Shown here: positions 20,278-30,872 of the stretch, piece by piece | Layout of the letters: each line of letters begins with the position of its first letter | Position numbering within the stretch: position 1 is the first letter of the stretch | Origin: Candidatus Latescibacterota bacterium | Lineage (GTDB): Bacteria; Latescibacterota; UBA2968; UBA8231 | Length of the DNA: 64,000 nucleotides | Assembly: GCA_965223905.1 (NCBI GenBank) | Contig: CBDCXV010000011.1 | Span: 448,001-512,000 of the forward strand | Direction of reading: 5' to 3' | Position numbers and translations under genes: made by a program | The notes under the pieces: generated by a model | Told to the model about the DNA's origin: nothing | What the model saw: only the letters and a program-made list of their open reading frames with translations | Database searches by the model: none

Positions 20278-21369
20278 ATGAGCGAGGTCGCTGACATCGA
20301 CGCGGGCATTCGCCTCACCGGCCCCCTCACCCTGGAGACGCTGCCCGGACTGGGAAGCCGCTGCCGGCGTCTGATCGACAGCCATCCGCACACCCGTTTG
20401 TCGGCCGACGTCACCGCGGTAAGCGCCATCGACACCGCCGGGGTCGTTTTCCTGCGCGGCCTGCCTAAAGCGGCCGGGGCTTCGGGCAAGGAGCTGGTGG
20501 TCGGCCCCCTTCCGGAGAACCTTCAGCCGTTCTACGACTTCGTACGGCCCCCGCAGGCCGCGGCCAGCGAAGCGCCTGCGCGTCCTGCGCTCGGCCAGCG
20601 CCTCGGCGACGCCGCGGAGGATCTCGTCGACCGCGCCGCGGATTTCCTCTACCTCGCCTCCGACCTCACCTGGGTCGCAGCGGCGGCGATCTTCCGGAGA
20701 TTCGGCATCCGCCGCGGCTCCTTCGTCGATCAGGCGGTCGCCATCGGCTCCCGGGGCCTGCCGATCGTCGCGCTCATACTGTTCCTCGTCGGCGGGGTAT
20801 CGACCCTGCAGGCCGCGGCCCAGCTGCGCCAGTTCGGCGCCAACATCTTCGTCGCCGACCTGCTCGCCATCGGCGTCAGCCGCGAGCTCGGGCCGCTGAT
20901 GACGGCGATCATCGTCGCCGGCCGCAGCGGCTCGGCGATCGCCGCGGAAATTGCGACGATGAAGTTCACCGAGGAGATCGACGCCCTGCGCACCATGGCT
21001 CTCGATCCCCTGCGCATGGTAGCCGTCCCCAAGATGTGGGCGATGCTGCTGACGGTTCCCCTGCTTACGGTGATGGCGGTTTTCTGCGGCCTCCTCGGAG
21101 GGACCCTCACCGGGGTTCTCTCCCTCGACATCGCCCCCACCACCTTCGTCGCCCGGATCACCGACGCCCTCCAGCTCAAGGACATCCTCACCGGCCTGGT
21201 CAAGAGCGTCTCCTTCGCCTGGATCATCACCGTGATCGGCGTCCACCGCGGCCTCAACTCCACGGGCGGAACGACCGGGGTCGGGGTCTCCACCACCTCG
21301 TCGGTGGTCAGCTCGATCTTCGGCATCATCGTCCTCGACCTCTCCTGGGGTCTCTTCTTCTACCTGTGA
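20278..21369 (+). CDS. mlaE: MlaE-family permease with N-terminal STAS domain
   Basis: IDTAG (STAS); RELGPLMTAIIVAGRSGSAIAAEIATMK..EEIDAL. Confidence 0.92.
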   Translation: MSEVADIDAGIRLTGPLTLETLPGLGSRCRRLIDSHPHTRLSADVTAVSAIDTAGVVFLRGLPKAAGASGKELVVGPLPENLQPFYDFVRPPQAAASEAPARPALGQRLGDAAEDLVDRAADFLYLASDLTWVAAAAIFRRFGIRRGSFVDQAVAIGSRGLPIVALILFLVGGVSTLQAAAQLRQFGANIFVADLLAIGVSRELGPLMTAIIVAGRSGSAIAAEIATMKFTEEIDALRTMALDPLRMVAVPKMWAMLLTVPLLTVMAVFCGLLGGTLTGVLSLDIAPTTFVARITDALQLKDILTGLVKSVSFAWIITVIGVHRGLNSTGGTTGVGVSTTSSVVSSIFGIIVLDLSWGLFFYL

Positions 21370-21377
21370 CAACGTCG

Positions 21378-22127
21378 ATGGCAGCGGATGCGCAGGCGGT
21401 CCCGGCGATCGACATAGAGCGCCTGCGCGTGGCCTACGGGGACCACCTCGTGCTGCGCGACGTCAGCCTGCGCGTCGGGCAGGGAGGGATCGTCGTCGTC
21501 GTCGGGGGCAGCGGCTGCGGCAAGAGCACCCTGCTCAAGGCGGCCATCGGCCTCGTGGAGCCGAGCTCGGGGGCGGTGCGCCTGCTGGGTTCGGAGCTGC
21601 GCTCGCTGGAAGAATCCCGGCAGAGAGAGCTGAAGAAGCGGATCGGGGTGATGTTCCAGTACGGAGCCCTGCTGAACTCGCTGACGATCGGCGAGAACGT
21701 CGCCCTGCCGCTGGAGATGCACACCGACCTCGAAGCCGACCTGGTGCGCGAAGTGGTTTCCACGCGACTGCAGCTGGTCGGCATCGGGCAGGCGATCGAC
21801 CGCCTTCCCACCGAGCTTTCCGGCGGCATGCGCAAGCGCGCCGCCCTTGCCCGCGCCATGGCCCTGGAGCCGGATATCCTTTTCTGCGACGAGCCGGGTG
21901 CCGGGCTCGATCCGGTGACCGCGGCCGAGGTCGACCGCCTGCTGCTCACCGTCAACCGCAGCCTCGGCGTAACCCTCGTCGTCGTCACCCACGAGCTGCT
22001 CAGCATCGAGAGACTCGGGGGGGACCTGCTGATGCTCGCCGGGGGAGAGGTCCTGTTCTCGGGCCGCTCCGAGGAAGCGCGCCTCTCCGGCAAACCGGAG
22101 CTGGCGGGCTTTTTCAACCCGCAGTGA
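21378..22127 (+). CDS. mlaF: MlaF-family ABC ATPase
   Basis: GGSGCGKS, LSGGMRKR, CDEPGAGLDP, VTH. Confidence 0.92.
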   Translation: MAADAQAVPAIDIERLRVAYGDHLVLRDVSLRVGQGGIVVVVGGSGCGKSTLLKAAIGLVEPSSGAVRLLGSELRSLEESRQRELKKRIGVMFQYGALLNSLTIGENVALPLEMHTDLEADLVREVVSTRLQLVGIGQAIDRLPTELSGGMRKRAALARAMALEPDILFCDEPGAGLDPVTAAEVDRLLLTVNRSLGVTLVVVTHELLSIERLGGDLLMLAGGEVLFSGRSEEARLSGKPELAGFFNPQ

Positions 22128-22174
22128 TGCCGCCGCGCCCCGGCTGAATCCACCCTTCGAGTGCTGGTCCCGAC

Positions 22175-22870
22175 TTGAAATCGATTCCCCCCTTTCTCGC
22201 CCGCTTGCCTGACCGCTTCCGGAAAAACGGGTTGGTGCGCGGTTTCCGGGCCTCCTACCTGGCGCGGATCTGTCGCCCCGGCACCGTCTTCGACGTCGGC
22301 GTCGGGCGCGGCACGGAGGAGCTGTACCGCGCATTTCCGAAAGCGAGAATGCTGCTGATCGAACCGCTGACCGAGTACCGCGAGGCGCTCGAGCGCATCT
22401 CGGGGAACTACGATTGCCGGATCATCGACAAGGCAGTCGGTAGCCGCTGCGGGCCGGCCGAGATCGCCGTCGACAGAGGCGACCCGCACAAGTCTTCGTT
22501 GGGCCGCCTCACCCTCCCGGTTGCTTCCGGCCGTCCCCTGAGCGCGCGCGCCGTCGAGATGACGACCCTGGATCAGATCCTGCGGGAAAACCCGGATCTC
22601 GAGCCCCCCTTCCTCCTCAAGATCGACACCGAGGGGCACGAGCTCGAAGTGGTCGAAGGGGCGGAAGAGCTGCTGCAACGGACCGAGGTCGTCATCGCCG
22701 AGGTATCTGTAGCCGAGCGCTTCGAGGGCGGGTACCGGTTCGAGGAGTTCGTCGCCGCCATGGGCGCCCGCGGCTTCCGGGTCTTCGACTTCCTCAGGGT
22801 CCGCTACGTCAAGGGGGCGCCGGGGACGCGGTTCGCCGACGTCGTTTTCAGGAAGGCGGAGGCGGGGTGA
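22175..22870 (+). CDS. FkbM-family methyltransferase
   Basis: VFDVGVGRG, IEP, LLKIDTEGHELEV. Confidence 0.85.
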   Translation: MKSIPPFLARLPDRFRKNGLVRGFRASYLARICRPGTVFDVGVGRGTEELYRAFPKARMLLIEPLTEYREALERISGNYDCRIIDKAVGSRCGPAEIAVDRGDPHKSSLGRLTLPVASGRPLSARAVEMTTLDQILRENPDLEPPFLLKIDTEGHELEVVEGAEELLQRTEVVIAEVSVAERFEGGYRFEEFVAAMGARGFRVFDFLRVRYVKGAPGTRFADVVFRKAEAG

Positions 22871-23391
22871 GGATCGTCCTGATGGCGGCGGTGTCCGCGG
22901 ACCGCGTCATCGGCCGGGACGGCGCCATTCCCTGGCATTACCCGGCCGATATGCGCTACGTCAGAAAGACGACTATCGGCCACCCCTGCGTGATGGGGCG
23001 GAAGACCTGGGAATCCCTCCCACACCGCCCGCTTCCGGGGCGGCCCAACCTCGTTCTCACCCGCCGAGCGGACTACGAGGTCGCTCCCGGAGTGATCGTC
23101 TGCGCCAGCTTCGAAGAGGCGCGACGACGCTGCGGGGCGATGGCCGCGGAGCGCATGTTCGTCCTCGGAGGGGAAGCGGTCTTCCGCGAGGCGATGGCCG
23201 TAGGGGACGAGATGCTGATCACCCAGGTCCCCGACCGCGTCGAGGGAGACGTGCATTTCCCGGAATGGGACGAGGAGCAATGGATGCTGGCCGGAAGCCG
23301 AGAGCAGGAAGGCCTGCGCTTCGCGAGGTACGTTCGCCGGCGCGACCCCCATGGAACCCGAACCGAGAGAGAAACGGAGAGCGATGTTTGA
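22867..23391 (+). CDS. folA: Dihydrofolate reductase
   Basis: IGRDGAIPW, MGRKTWESL, RPLPGRPNLVLT, GDVHFP. Confidence 0.93.
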   Translation: MRIVLMAAVSADRVIGRDGAIPWHYPADMRYVRKTTIGHPCVMGRKTWESLPHRPLPGRPNLVLTRRADYEVAPGVIVCASFEEARRRCGAMAAERMFVLGGEAVFREAMAVGDEMLITQVPDRVEGDVHFPEWDEEQWMLAGSREQEGLRFARYVRRRDPHGTRTERETESDV

Positions 23392-24583
23392 ACACCTGGA
23401 GCAGGCGCCGGCCGACCCGATCCTGGGTTTGACCGCCGCTTTCAAGGAGGACCCCGACCCCGGCAAGATCAACCTCGGGGTCGGCGTGTACTGCGACGAC
23501 CGGGGGGAGACCCCGGTTTTCGCCGCGGTGAAGGAGGCGGAAAACCGCCTGCTGGCCGCCCAGTCGACGAAAAACTACCTGCCGATCGACGGCACCGCGG
23601 ACTTCGGCCGCGAAGTGCGCGAGCTGCTTTTCGGGCCGCAGCTGGCCGCGGAGTACGGCGCCGCCGCGGTGACCGTGCAGGCCCCCGGCGGCACCGGGGC
23701 CCTGCGCCTGGCCGGCGATTTCCTCGAGCGCCTGGTCCCCGGGGCCACCGTCTGGCTCAGCGAGCCGACGTGGGCAAACCACTCCAAGGTGTTCGCCGCA
23801 GCGGGTCTGCAGACCGCCACCTACCCCTACTTCGACGCCGGGGCCAACAGCCTCGACTTCGATGCCTTCTGCACGGCATTGGAATCGGTGCCGGCAGGTG
23901 ACGCCGTCCTGCTTCACGGCTGCTGTCACAACCCGACCGGGGTCGACCCGACCCCGGAGCAGTGGCGGCGGATCGGGGGAATCCTCGCTGCCGGCGGGGC
24001 CGTGCCGCTGGTCGATTTCCCCTACCAGGGGCTGGGAACCGGAATCGAGGAGGACGCCGCGGGGTTGCGCGAGCTGTGCGCCTGCTGCGGCGAGCTCCTG
24101 ATCGCCAACTCCTTCTCGAAGAACTTCGGCCTCTACCAGGAGCGCGTCGGCTCGCTGACCGCGGTGACCGGCTCCCCGGAGCAGGGCGCTTCCGTCCTCA
24201 GCCATCTCAAGACCTGCGCCCGCAGCAACTTCTCCAATCCCCCGGCGCACGGGTCCGCCATCGTCACCGAGGTCCTTCAGGACCCGCGGCTGCGGTCGGA
24301 CTGGGACCGGGAGCTCGGGGAGATGCGGGACCGCATCAACGGGGTGCGCCGGCTGTTCGTGGAGACCCTGAAGGATCAGGGAATCGAGCGGGACTTCGGC
24401 TTCATCGAGCGGCAGCGGGGGATGTTCTCCTTTTCCGGACTGAACCCCGGGCAGGTGGCCCTGCTGCGGGAGAGACACTCGATCTACATCGTCGATTCGG
24501 GGCGCATCAACGTCGCCGGGATCACCTCGGCGAACATCGACAGGCTGTGCCGGGCAATCGCCGAGGTGATCGCCGAAAACTAG
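23384..24583 (+). CDS. aspC: Aspartate/aromatic aminotransferase
   Basis: PADPILGL, KINLGVGVY, CCHNPTGVD, SFSKNFGLY.ERVG, GRINVAG. Confidence 0.93.
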   Translation: MFEHLEQAPADPILGLTAAFKEDPDPGKINLGVGVYCDDRGETPVFAAVKEAENRLLAAQSTKNYLPIDGTADFGREVRELLFGPQLAAEYGAAAVTVQAPGGTGALRLAGDFLERLVPGATVWLSEPTWANHSKVFAAAGLQTATYPYFDAGANSLDFDAFCTALESVPAGDAVLLHGCCHNPTGVDPTPEQWRRIGGILAAGGAVPLVDFPYQGLGTGIEEDAAGLRELCACCGELLIANSFSKNFGLYQERVGSLTAVTGSPEQGASVLSHLKTCARSNFSNPPAHGSAIVTEVLQDPRLRSDWDRELGEMRDRINGVRRLFVETLKDQGIERDFGFIERQRGMFSFSGLNPGQVALLRERHSIYIVDSGRINVAGITSANIDRLCRAIAEVIAEN

Positions 24584-24673
24584 CCGTTCAGGGAGAGACA
24601 GGCGTTCGGGCCGCAGGCAGGCGGAGCCCGGTTGCCGGGGGCTGCGCGGGATCCCGGCAGCCCGGGAAAGCTG

Positions 24674-25873
24674 TCAAACAGGCTCGGTCGACAGCTCCCG
24701 CAGGCGCCCGACGATCCCCGGGAGCAGCTCGAGACAGCGCGCCACCTCCGCCCCGGTGTTCCCCCACCCCAGGCTGAAGCGAACCGACGAGGAGGCGAGG
24801 CGCGGCTCCAGCCCCATGGCGAGCAGGACGTGCGAGGGCTCGGGGGCCCCGGAGGTGCAGGCCGAGCCGCTGGCAACCGCGATTCCCTCGAGGTCAAGAC
24901 CGAGAATGACCGCCTCCGCCTCGACCCCGCGAAAGGCGGCGTTGCAGGTGTTCGGCAGGCGGCCGGGATCCCCGCCGGCAGCGGAAGCCCCGGCGCTCCT
25001 GCCGTTGATCTCGACAGACTCCAGGCTCGCCAAGATGCCCGCTTCGAGCTGGTCCCGCAGCCTGCCGACCCGCTTGGCCGGGGTCTCTCCGGGCCCTTGC
25101 AGTTCCTCCTGGGCGAGGGCCGCGGCCGCCCCGAAACCGACGATTCCGGCGACGTTCTCCGTTCCGGCGCGTAGCCCCCCCTCGTGGCCGCCGCCGTGGG
25201 CGAGCGGGTGCAGCGGGATCCCCGGGCGCACGCAGAGGGCGCCCACCCCCTTGGGGCCGTTTATCTTGTGCGCCGAGATCGAAATCAGGTCGGCCCCGAG
25301 GTCGGCCGCCCGCCACGGCAGCTTGCCGAACGACTGCACCGCGTCGACGTGGAAGAGGCTGCCCCGCTCCCTGGCCGCGGCGGCGATTCCGGCGACCGGC
25401 TGCAGGCGCCCGGTCTCGTTGTTGGCGTGCATGACCGAGACCAGCAGGGTCTCGTCGTCGATCAGCTCCTCGACCCCCTCGGGAAGCACGGTGCCCTCCG
25501 CATCGACCGGGGCGTACGCGACCTCCATTCCCAGCTCCTGCAGGTGCTCGCAGGCATGCCAAACCGCGTGGTGCTCGATGGAGGAAGTGACGATGCGGCG
25601 GCGCCTGCTCCCTGCGGCGCGGGCTGCCGATACCACCCCCTTGATCGCCCAGTTGTCCGACTCGGTACCGCCGCTGGTAAAGCATACCTCGCCGGGGGCG
25701 CAGCCGAGGGCGACCGCCACCTGCTCGCGCGCCTTGTCGACATCCGACCTGGCCCGGCGCCCGGCCGCGTGCAGGCTCGAGGGGTTCCCGGCCAGCCCGC
25801 CGAGGTGGGGCATCATCGCTTCGAGCACCTCCGGCCGCACCGGGGTGGTGGCGTTGTGGTCGAAGTAGATCAT
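24674..25873 (-). CDS. iscS: Cysteine desulfurase (IscS/NifS type)
   Basis: YFDHNATTP, GNPSS, FTSGGTE, SAHK, SGSACTS. Confidence 0.93.
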   Translation of the reverse strand: MIYFDHNATTPVRPEVLEAMMPHLGGLAGNPSSLHAAGRRARSDVDKAREQVAVALGCAPGEVCFTSGGTESDNWAIKGVVSAARAAGSRRRRIVTSSIEHHAVWHACEHLQELGMEVAYAPVDAEGTVLPEGVEELIDDETLLVSVMHANNETGRLQPVAGIAAAARERGSLFHVDAVQSFGKLPWRAADLGADLISISAHKINGPKGVGALCVRPGIPLHPLAHGGGHEGGLRAGTENVAGIVGFGAAAALAQEELQGPGETPAKRVGRLRDQLEAGILASLESVEINGRSAGASAAGGDPGRLPNTCNAAFRGVEAEAVILGLDLEGIAVASGSACTSGAPEPSHVLLAMGLEPRLASSSVRFSLGWGNTGAEVARCLELLPGIVGRLRELSTEPV

Positions 25874-25874
25874 G

Positions 25875-27098
25875 TCAGTTGGGCTGGACCTCGAAGGAGA
25901 GGGCGCGCACCAGAATCGGGGCCGCCGAGTGGACCTCGGGCACGCTCTCGAAGGTATCGCCGTTGGAGTAGGTGAAGGTCTCGGAGTCTCCGCTTTCGAT
26001 CTCCCCGGTGCGAAGCACCTCGACCACGGGCGAACCATCGAGCTGGTTCTGCAGGAACCCGGCGAGCGTGGAATCCAGCAGTTCGAGACCCTGGAAGCGA
26101 TTGAGGTGGCCGTTGCTCACGAGATCGGCGATCTGCTCAAAGAGATCTTCGCGGAGCTCATCCTCCAGGCGCTCGGCGACGACGAAATAGAGCGTGTACA
26201 CCTCGTTTTCCTGGTCGAGATGGATCCAGCCGTTTTCGCCGCCGGGACCGTACTGCAGGCGGGTAGCGTACACACGGTCGCCGGAGAAGATTCCCTCCCG
26301 CCCTCCGTTCGAGAGCTGCAGGAAAGCCCAGACGGCGCAGGTCTTGCTGACCCGAAACCGCACCTGCAGCTGGTCTCCGCCGCGCAATTCTCCGCCCTCG
26401 CTCACATCGACCAGTTGCGGGAACTCCCCTTCGAGTCGCCGCACCAGCAGGTGGAAATCGATGTCCGCGGCAAAGTCCGAAATTGCGGCCTCCCCTCCGC
26501 TGCCCCGCAGCTCGGCCAGGGCGCGCCCGCGGCGGTCCAGCTCCCCTTCCGACACCCTGCCCCGGGCACTGCTCAGAACCGTGCCGTCCGCCCGGTCGAC
26601 GAGCACCAGACGCAGGTACGCCCACGGCGACTCGTAGCGCACCTGTCCGCCGAGCAGCCGGGGGGCCTCTAGCTCCTCCCATTTCCGGGGCAGGAAGGAC
26701 CCCATCGACCAGCGCAACGCAGGCTCGCCCCGCAGCTCTTCGAGAAGGCCGATGTCGAGGGCGACGGGCAAACCGTGGGACAGGGCGGCAGACATCAGGG
26801 CCTCGTCGAGCACCTCGGTGCGCACCGAGCGCCTGCCGTCGCCGTCGCGAAAGCCGAGCAGGGCGACCCGCGAGTCCTCCGGGGCCCCGGACGCCGTCGC
26901 AGACACCATGTTACGAAGAACCTCGGCCACCCTCTCTTCGGGGGGATGGGCAGCGAAGAAGCTGCACCCACCCCAGCCCAGGACGAGCCCGGCAAGCGCC
27001 GCGGCGGCCGCAGTGCGGCGCAAAACTCGCCGGAACTTCGGGCCGCGGTCAGGGCCTTGGGACCTGTCGAGGGAACCGGGAATCACGATCGACCCCAC
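25875..27098 (-). CDS. Hypothetical lipoprotein (C-terminal DUF4384-like region)
   Basis: Lipobox-like WGGC after a hydrophobic stretch; GELRGGDQLQVRF segment. Confidence 0.55.
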   Translation of the reverse strand: MGSIVIPGSLDRSQGPDRGPKFRRVLRRTAAAAALAGLVLGWGGCSFFAAHPPEERVAEVLRNMVSATASGAPEDSRVALLGFRDGDGRRSVRTEVLDEALMSAALSHGLPVALDIGLLEELRGEPALRWSMGSFLPRKWEELEAPRLLGGQVRYESPWAYLRLVLVDRADGTVLSSARGRVSEGELDRRGRALAELRGSGGEAAISDFAADIDFHLLVRRLEGEFPQLVDVSEGGELRGGDQLQVRFRVSKTCAVWAFLQLSNGGREGIFSGDRVYATRLQYGPGGENGWIHLDQENEVYTLYFVVAERLEDELREDLFEQIADLVSNGHLNRFQGLELLDSTLAGFLQNQLDGSPVVEVLRTGEIESGDSETFTYSNGDTFESVPEVHSAAPILVRALSFEVQPN

Positions 27099-27379
27099 TT
27101 GCCGGCAGATCCCGGAGCACCCAGGTCAATGCCTTCGTGGTCTAGGGCCTTCATTTCGGAAAATCGAACACTCATTTGTCGTTGCCGTGAATATAACATT
27201 CTCGAGGCTCCGGAAGTCGGCTGGCGTATGACCGAAACCATCGCCCTGCACCTTACCCGCCCTGCACCTTACCGAATCGAAGCCCCGTCCCGGGAGCGAG
27301 GCCGGCTCGACGAAGATTCCCTTCGAGGGACACACGGAGATACGTCGAGATCGGCCGCGGGCCGATGGAAAGAGGGAAA

Positions 27380-29132
27380 TTACCGCTCGAGCTGCTGAAC
27401 GACGGGCAGGAAGTAGTCGCCGGCCACCCTCTCCCAGCTCATTTTCGAGGCGATCTCGTACCCCCTGCGCAGGTTGTCGGCGAGATGGTCCCCGGCGAGC
27501 CGCAGCAGTTCGGCGAGCTGCCTGGCGGCCTCGCGGCTGCGAGCCTCCTCCGCCCGGCGCCGGGCGTCCGCTCCGATCTCCAGGGCTCCGGCGAGGTCAG
27601 GTTCCCGGTCGAGCCGGGTGTAGTCGGCGCGGATGTAGCCGCTGCCGGCCCCCCCCTCTCCGGCGCTGGCCTGCAGGAATCCCAGGCAGCCGCAGACATC
27701 GCTGACGACGCTGAGGCTCCCGAAACCGATCGGCTCGATCTGGGCTATCCCGAACGGCTCGTAGATCGACTGCCCGAACTCGGCGTCGGTTCCCTGCCGC
27801 AGGTCGCTGAAATCGATGCCGGGCATCCCGCCCCCCCAGGAGTCGGGGTCGATGCCGAACTGGTTGACGAACACCACTTTGACGGCCCGCGAACGGGCGT
27901 TGAAGCGGCGCACCTGCTCGTCGAAATCCTCCTCTCCGCCGGCGAGGTCGGGGAAACCCTCGCGGTGAACGAGCGGCCAGCCGTACTCCGCGGCCATGCG
28001 CCTGACCGCCGCGGCCTCCCGGCGTCCGGCCGCGGTCGCCAGCACGACCAGCACGGCGCTGCGGCCACGCCCGACCAAGATCTCGTCGAGGGCCCGGCAG
28101 ACCAGCAGGTCCCGCCACAGCCCCTTGCTCTGCACCATCCTCGACACGTGGGTGAGGACGTAGTCGGCCCGGAAACCGAGAAGCCGCTCGGCGAACTCGG
28201 CGAGCCTGCCGCGCGGCCGACATCCTGTCTCCGGGGGAGATCTTCTCGGCCTCGACGTCGTTGTACACCAGCACCGGCGGGTCGGAGCGGAACTCGCTGC
28301 CGAGGAAGGCGAGCTCCCGCATCACGAGGTCCCCCACCGCCAGGACCTTGTCGCAGTGCCAGGCGAGGCGCACCAGGGCGTGCTTGAAGTAGTCGTCCTG
28401 GCTGCCGAAGACCTCCTCGAGCCCGGCCCCGTTTTCCGCGGCGGCGCGCAGGGCGTTGTAGAACATCACGTCCTGCCCGGGGGACCCCTCGACAATACGG
28501 CGCACCGTGGCGACCTCGTGGGCGTGGAACAGGGTCGCGAAGCGGGGGTCTCCGGATAGAATCGACCGGAAAGCGGTGGGAAGCCCCATGAATTCGTGCG
28601 CCACTACGACGCAGCGCGACGGGGCCGGAACCAGGCGGGCGACGGCGTCGAACGCCGGACCGGCAAGGCGCACGTACTGCTCGTATTCCGGATCGGCCTC
28701 GTAGCGGTCCGAGGTCAGCCCGAAGCGCCTGTAGAGCTCGTGCTTGAATCCGCCCAACCTCTTTGGTGGGGTGGTTACGTCGACCAGAACCACCTCGGTC
28801 GCAACTCCTTGGGCGAGCGGCCGCCGCCCGTACACCAGGCGCACCCCGTGCTCCCTCTCGACTTCCTCCAGGGCAGTGGCGGCCGCCGTGTCCCCGACGC
28901 CGGCGAGGCGGTCGTAGAGCAGAACTCCCCGCGGCCCGAGCGGCTGCCCTGCCGACGGATCGAACAGCGGTCCAACCAGGATGGAGCGCTCCACCGACTC
29001 GCGGTACGGCCGGCTCGCCAGCAGGCCCCGCAGGACAGCGCCTGTGCCGCCGATCTTCTCGACCGCTTCGTGGGTTACGTGGGCGATGGCCGTCAACGTT
29101 GCAGCGTCATTCGAGCGGGTCCCTGACTGCAT
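27380..29132 (-). pseudogene. GT-B glycosyltransferase, glycogen-synthase (GT3)-like, split by one frameshift near 28214
   Basis: HEAVEKIGG and HEFMG in one frame; SRMVQSKG and SIYEPFG in the next; removing one base near 28214 joins them. Confidence 0.7.
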
Positions 29133-29295
29133 GACGTTCCCCGGATCTCAAGCCGAGATTCCTCGCGTGGACGCGAGCGGGAGTCTTCGGGGCCATGTTC
29201 GCAAGGTGGGTAGAGAAAGGCCGAGCCGTATCGCCTTTCTTCATGGATGGCAAACGGCTTTCGGTGCGCGGCGGTCCAGAGACACGCCGGGCCGG

Positions 29296-30368
29296 TCAGG
29301 AGGACAGCCAGTGAATCAGACGCACCAGGGGCGGCATGAGGTTGCCGGCGAAACAGGCGGTCAGCACCACTGCCATCGCGATCACCGGCACGAACGGGAT
29401 CGTCTCTTCCACCTCCACGAGCTCTTCCGCGGACTGGTGCCCGCCGTCGACCAGGGAGCGCAGCCTGGAGACCTGTCTCCCGGTGAGCGGCTTTCCCCCG
29501 TCGCAGACGAGTCCCTCGCTTCCCTTTGGAGCGGCGACCTCCAACCTGTGTACCGGTATCGCGCCGGGGTGCAGGTAGCGTACCGGCAGGGTCTGCACGT
29601 AGGAATGGTTGTGCCAGCGCCGCACGAACAGGTAGGCCACTTCGAGGACCCAGGCGACGCCGAGGAGCTTGAGGTATGCGGCCCAGCCGCCGAACGCGAA
29701 GGAGAAGTAGGCCAGGGCCGCCAGCCCCGGGATCGCGATCAGCAGCCAGCGCCGGTTTTCAGCCAGTGGTCGACGAGGCGGTCCCCGATCAGCAGAATTC
29801 CGAAGGTTTCGAGGGGAGGCAACGGGTGGTCCAGCGCCAGGTGCCCGAGCCCCAGGGTCAGGCCCAGGATCCCGGCGAGCCGCACCGCGGCCTTGCCCGC
29901 CTCCCGCATCCCCGGCGGTTCGAGTTCCCCCGGCCAACCCCACAGGCGCCGGCACAGAGGGAGGAGAAGAAGCACAAACAGGTAACAGGCCAGCACGTTG
30001 AGAAGCAGGGCCCAGGGCGTGGCCTGCGGCGACAGCGCCTCCGTCCTCGCCGACAGGGAAGGCGGCAACGCCACCACCGCCGCGAAGAAGAACTTGGCGT
30101 CTCCCGAAGCCCAGAAATGAAACCAAAGCAGGGCACCGGCGATCACCACCGCGGTGCCGGCGTTGGCCAGGACCCGGCCCGCGGTCACCACCTCGAGCTG
30201 CACCATCAGGATCTGGCCCGCGACGCCGGCGAGCACCAGCCCGAGGACATACGGGTTCGGTACCCGCCGCGTCGAGAAGTCGACGTGACTCAGGTACAGC
30301 CCCGCGAACAGGAGAGCGGAGAGCATGGCCGCTTCAGTGAGAAAGACGGGATCGTCGTAGAGATTCAT
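29296..30368 (-). pseudogene. A24 prepilin/preflagellin peptidase-like membrane protein, frameshift near 29757
   Basis: DFSTRRVPN and SGDAK aspartates; C-terminal EETIPFVPVI lies in another frame. Confidence 0.7.
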
Positions 30369-30872
30369 CTGCTCCCCTTTTCCAGCACCCTCAATCTCGC
30401 CAGCACCCGCTCGATACAGCCGGCGCCGCTTTCTCCCGCCTTGATGATCCCGCCCCCGTCGACGAGCAGGGCGCTGGGAACCCGGTCGACGCCGTAGGCG
30501 CGGCCCACGGACAAGAGGCTGTCGTACCCGGTAAAGGCCGCTATCTCGTGGTCGGCGAGCTTGCGCTTCAGCTCCGCTCTCGACCCGGCGCCGACTATGA
30601 AGACGGGCAGCTTTTCCGCCGCCTGTCTTACCGATGGATAGGTCGCATCGCATGCCCTGCACCCGGTGTCGGTGAAGAAGATCAGCGAGGAGACCGGCCT
30701 CTCGCCGGGACCCGGCGCACCCGGATGCGGCAAGGTGAGGGTCTCGCCGTTCAGTCCCGGCAGAGAGAGTCCGGGCGCCGGCATTTCGAGAAGAGCGGCG
30801 AACGGTTGCGGCTTCAGGGGCCGGCGGATGGGCTTTGGCGTATGGGTTCAGGTCGGGGAAGATGACAGAAAA
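30365..30872 (-). pseudogene. TlpA/redoxin-family thiol-disulfide protein, 5'-truncated by IS1380
   Basis: APGLSLPGLNG, FFTDTGCRAC, YGVDRVPSALLVD; upstream frame broken near 30835 and cut at the IS end. Confidence 0.7.
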
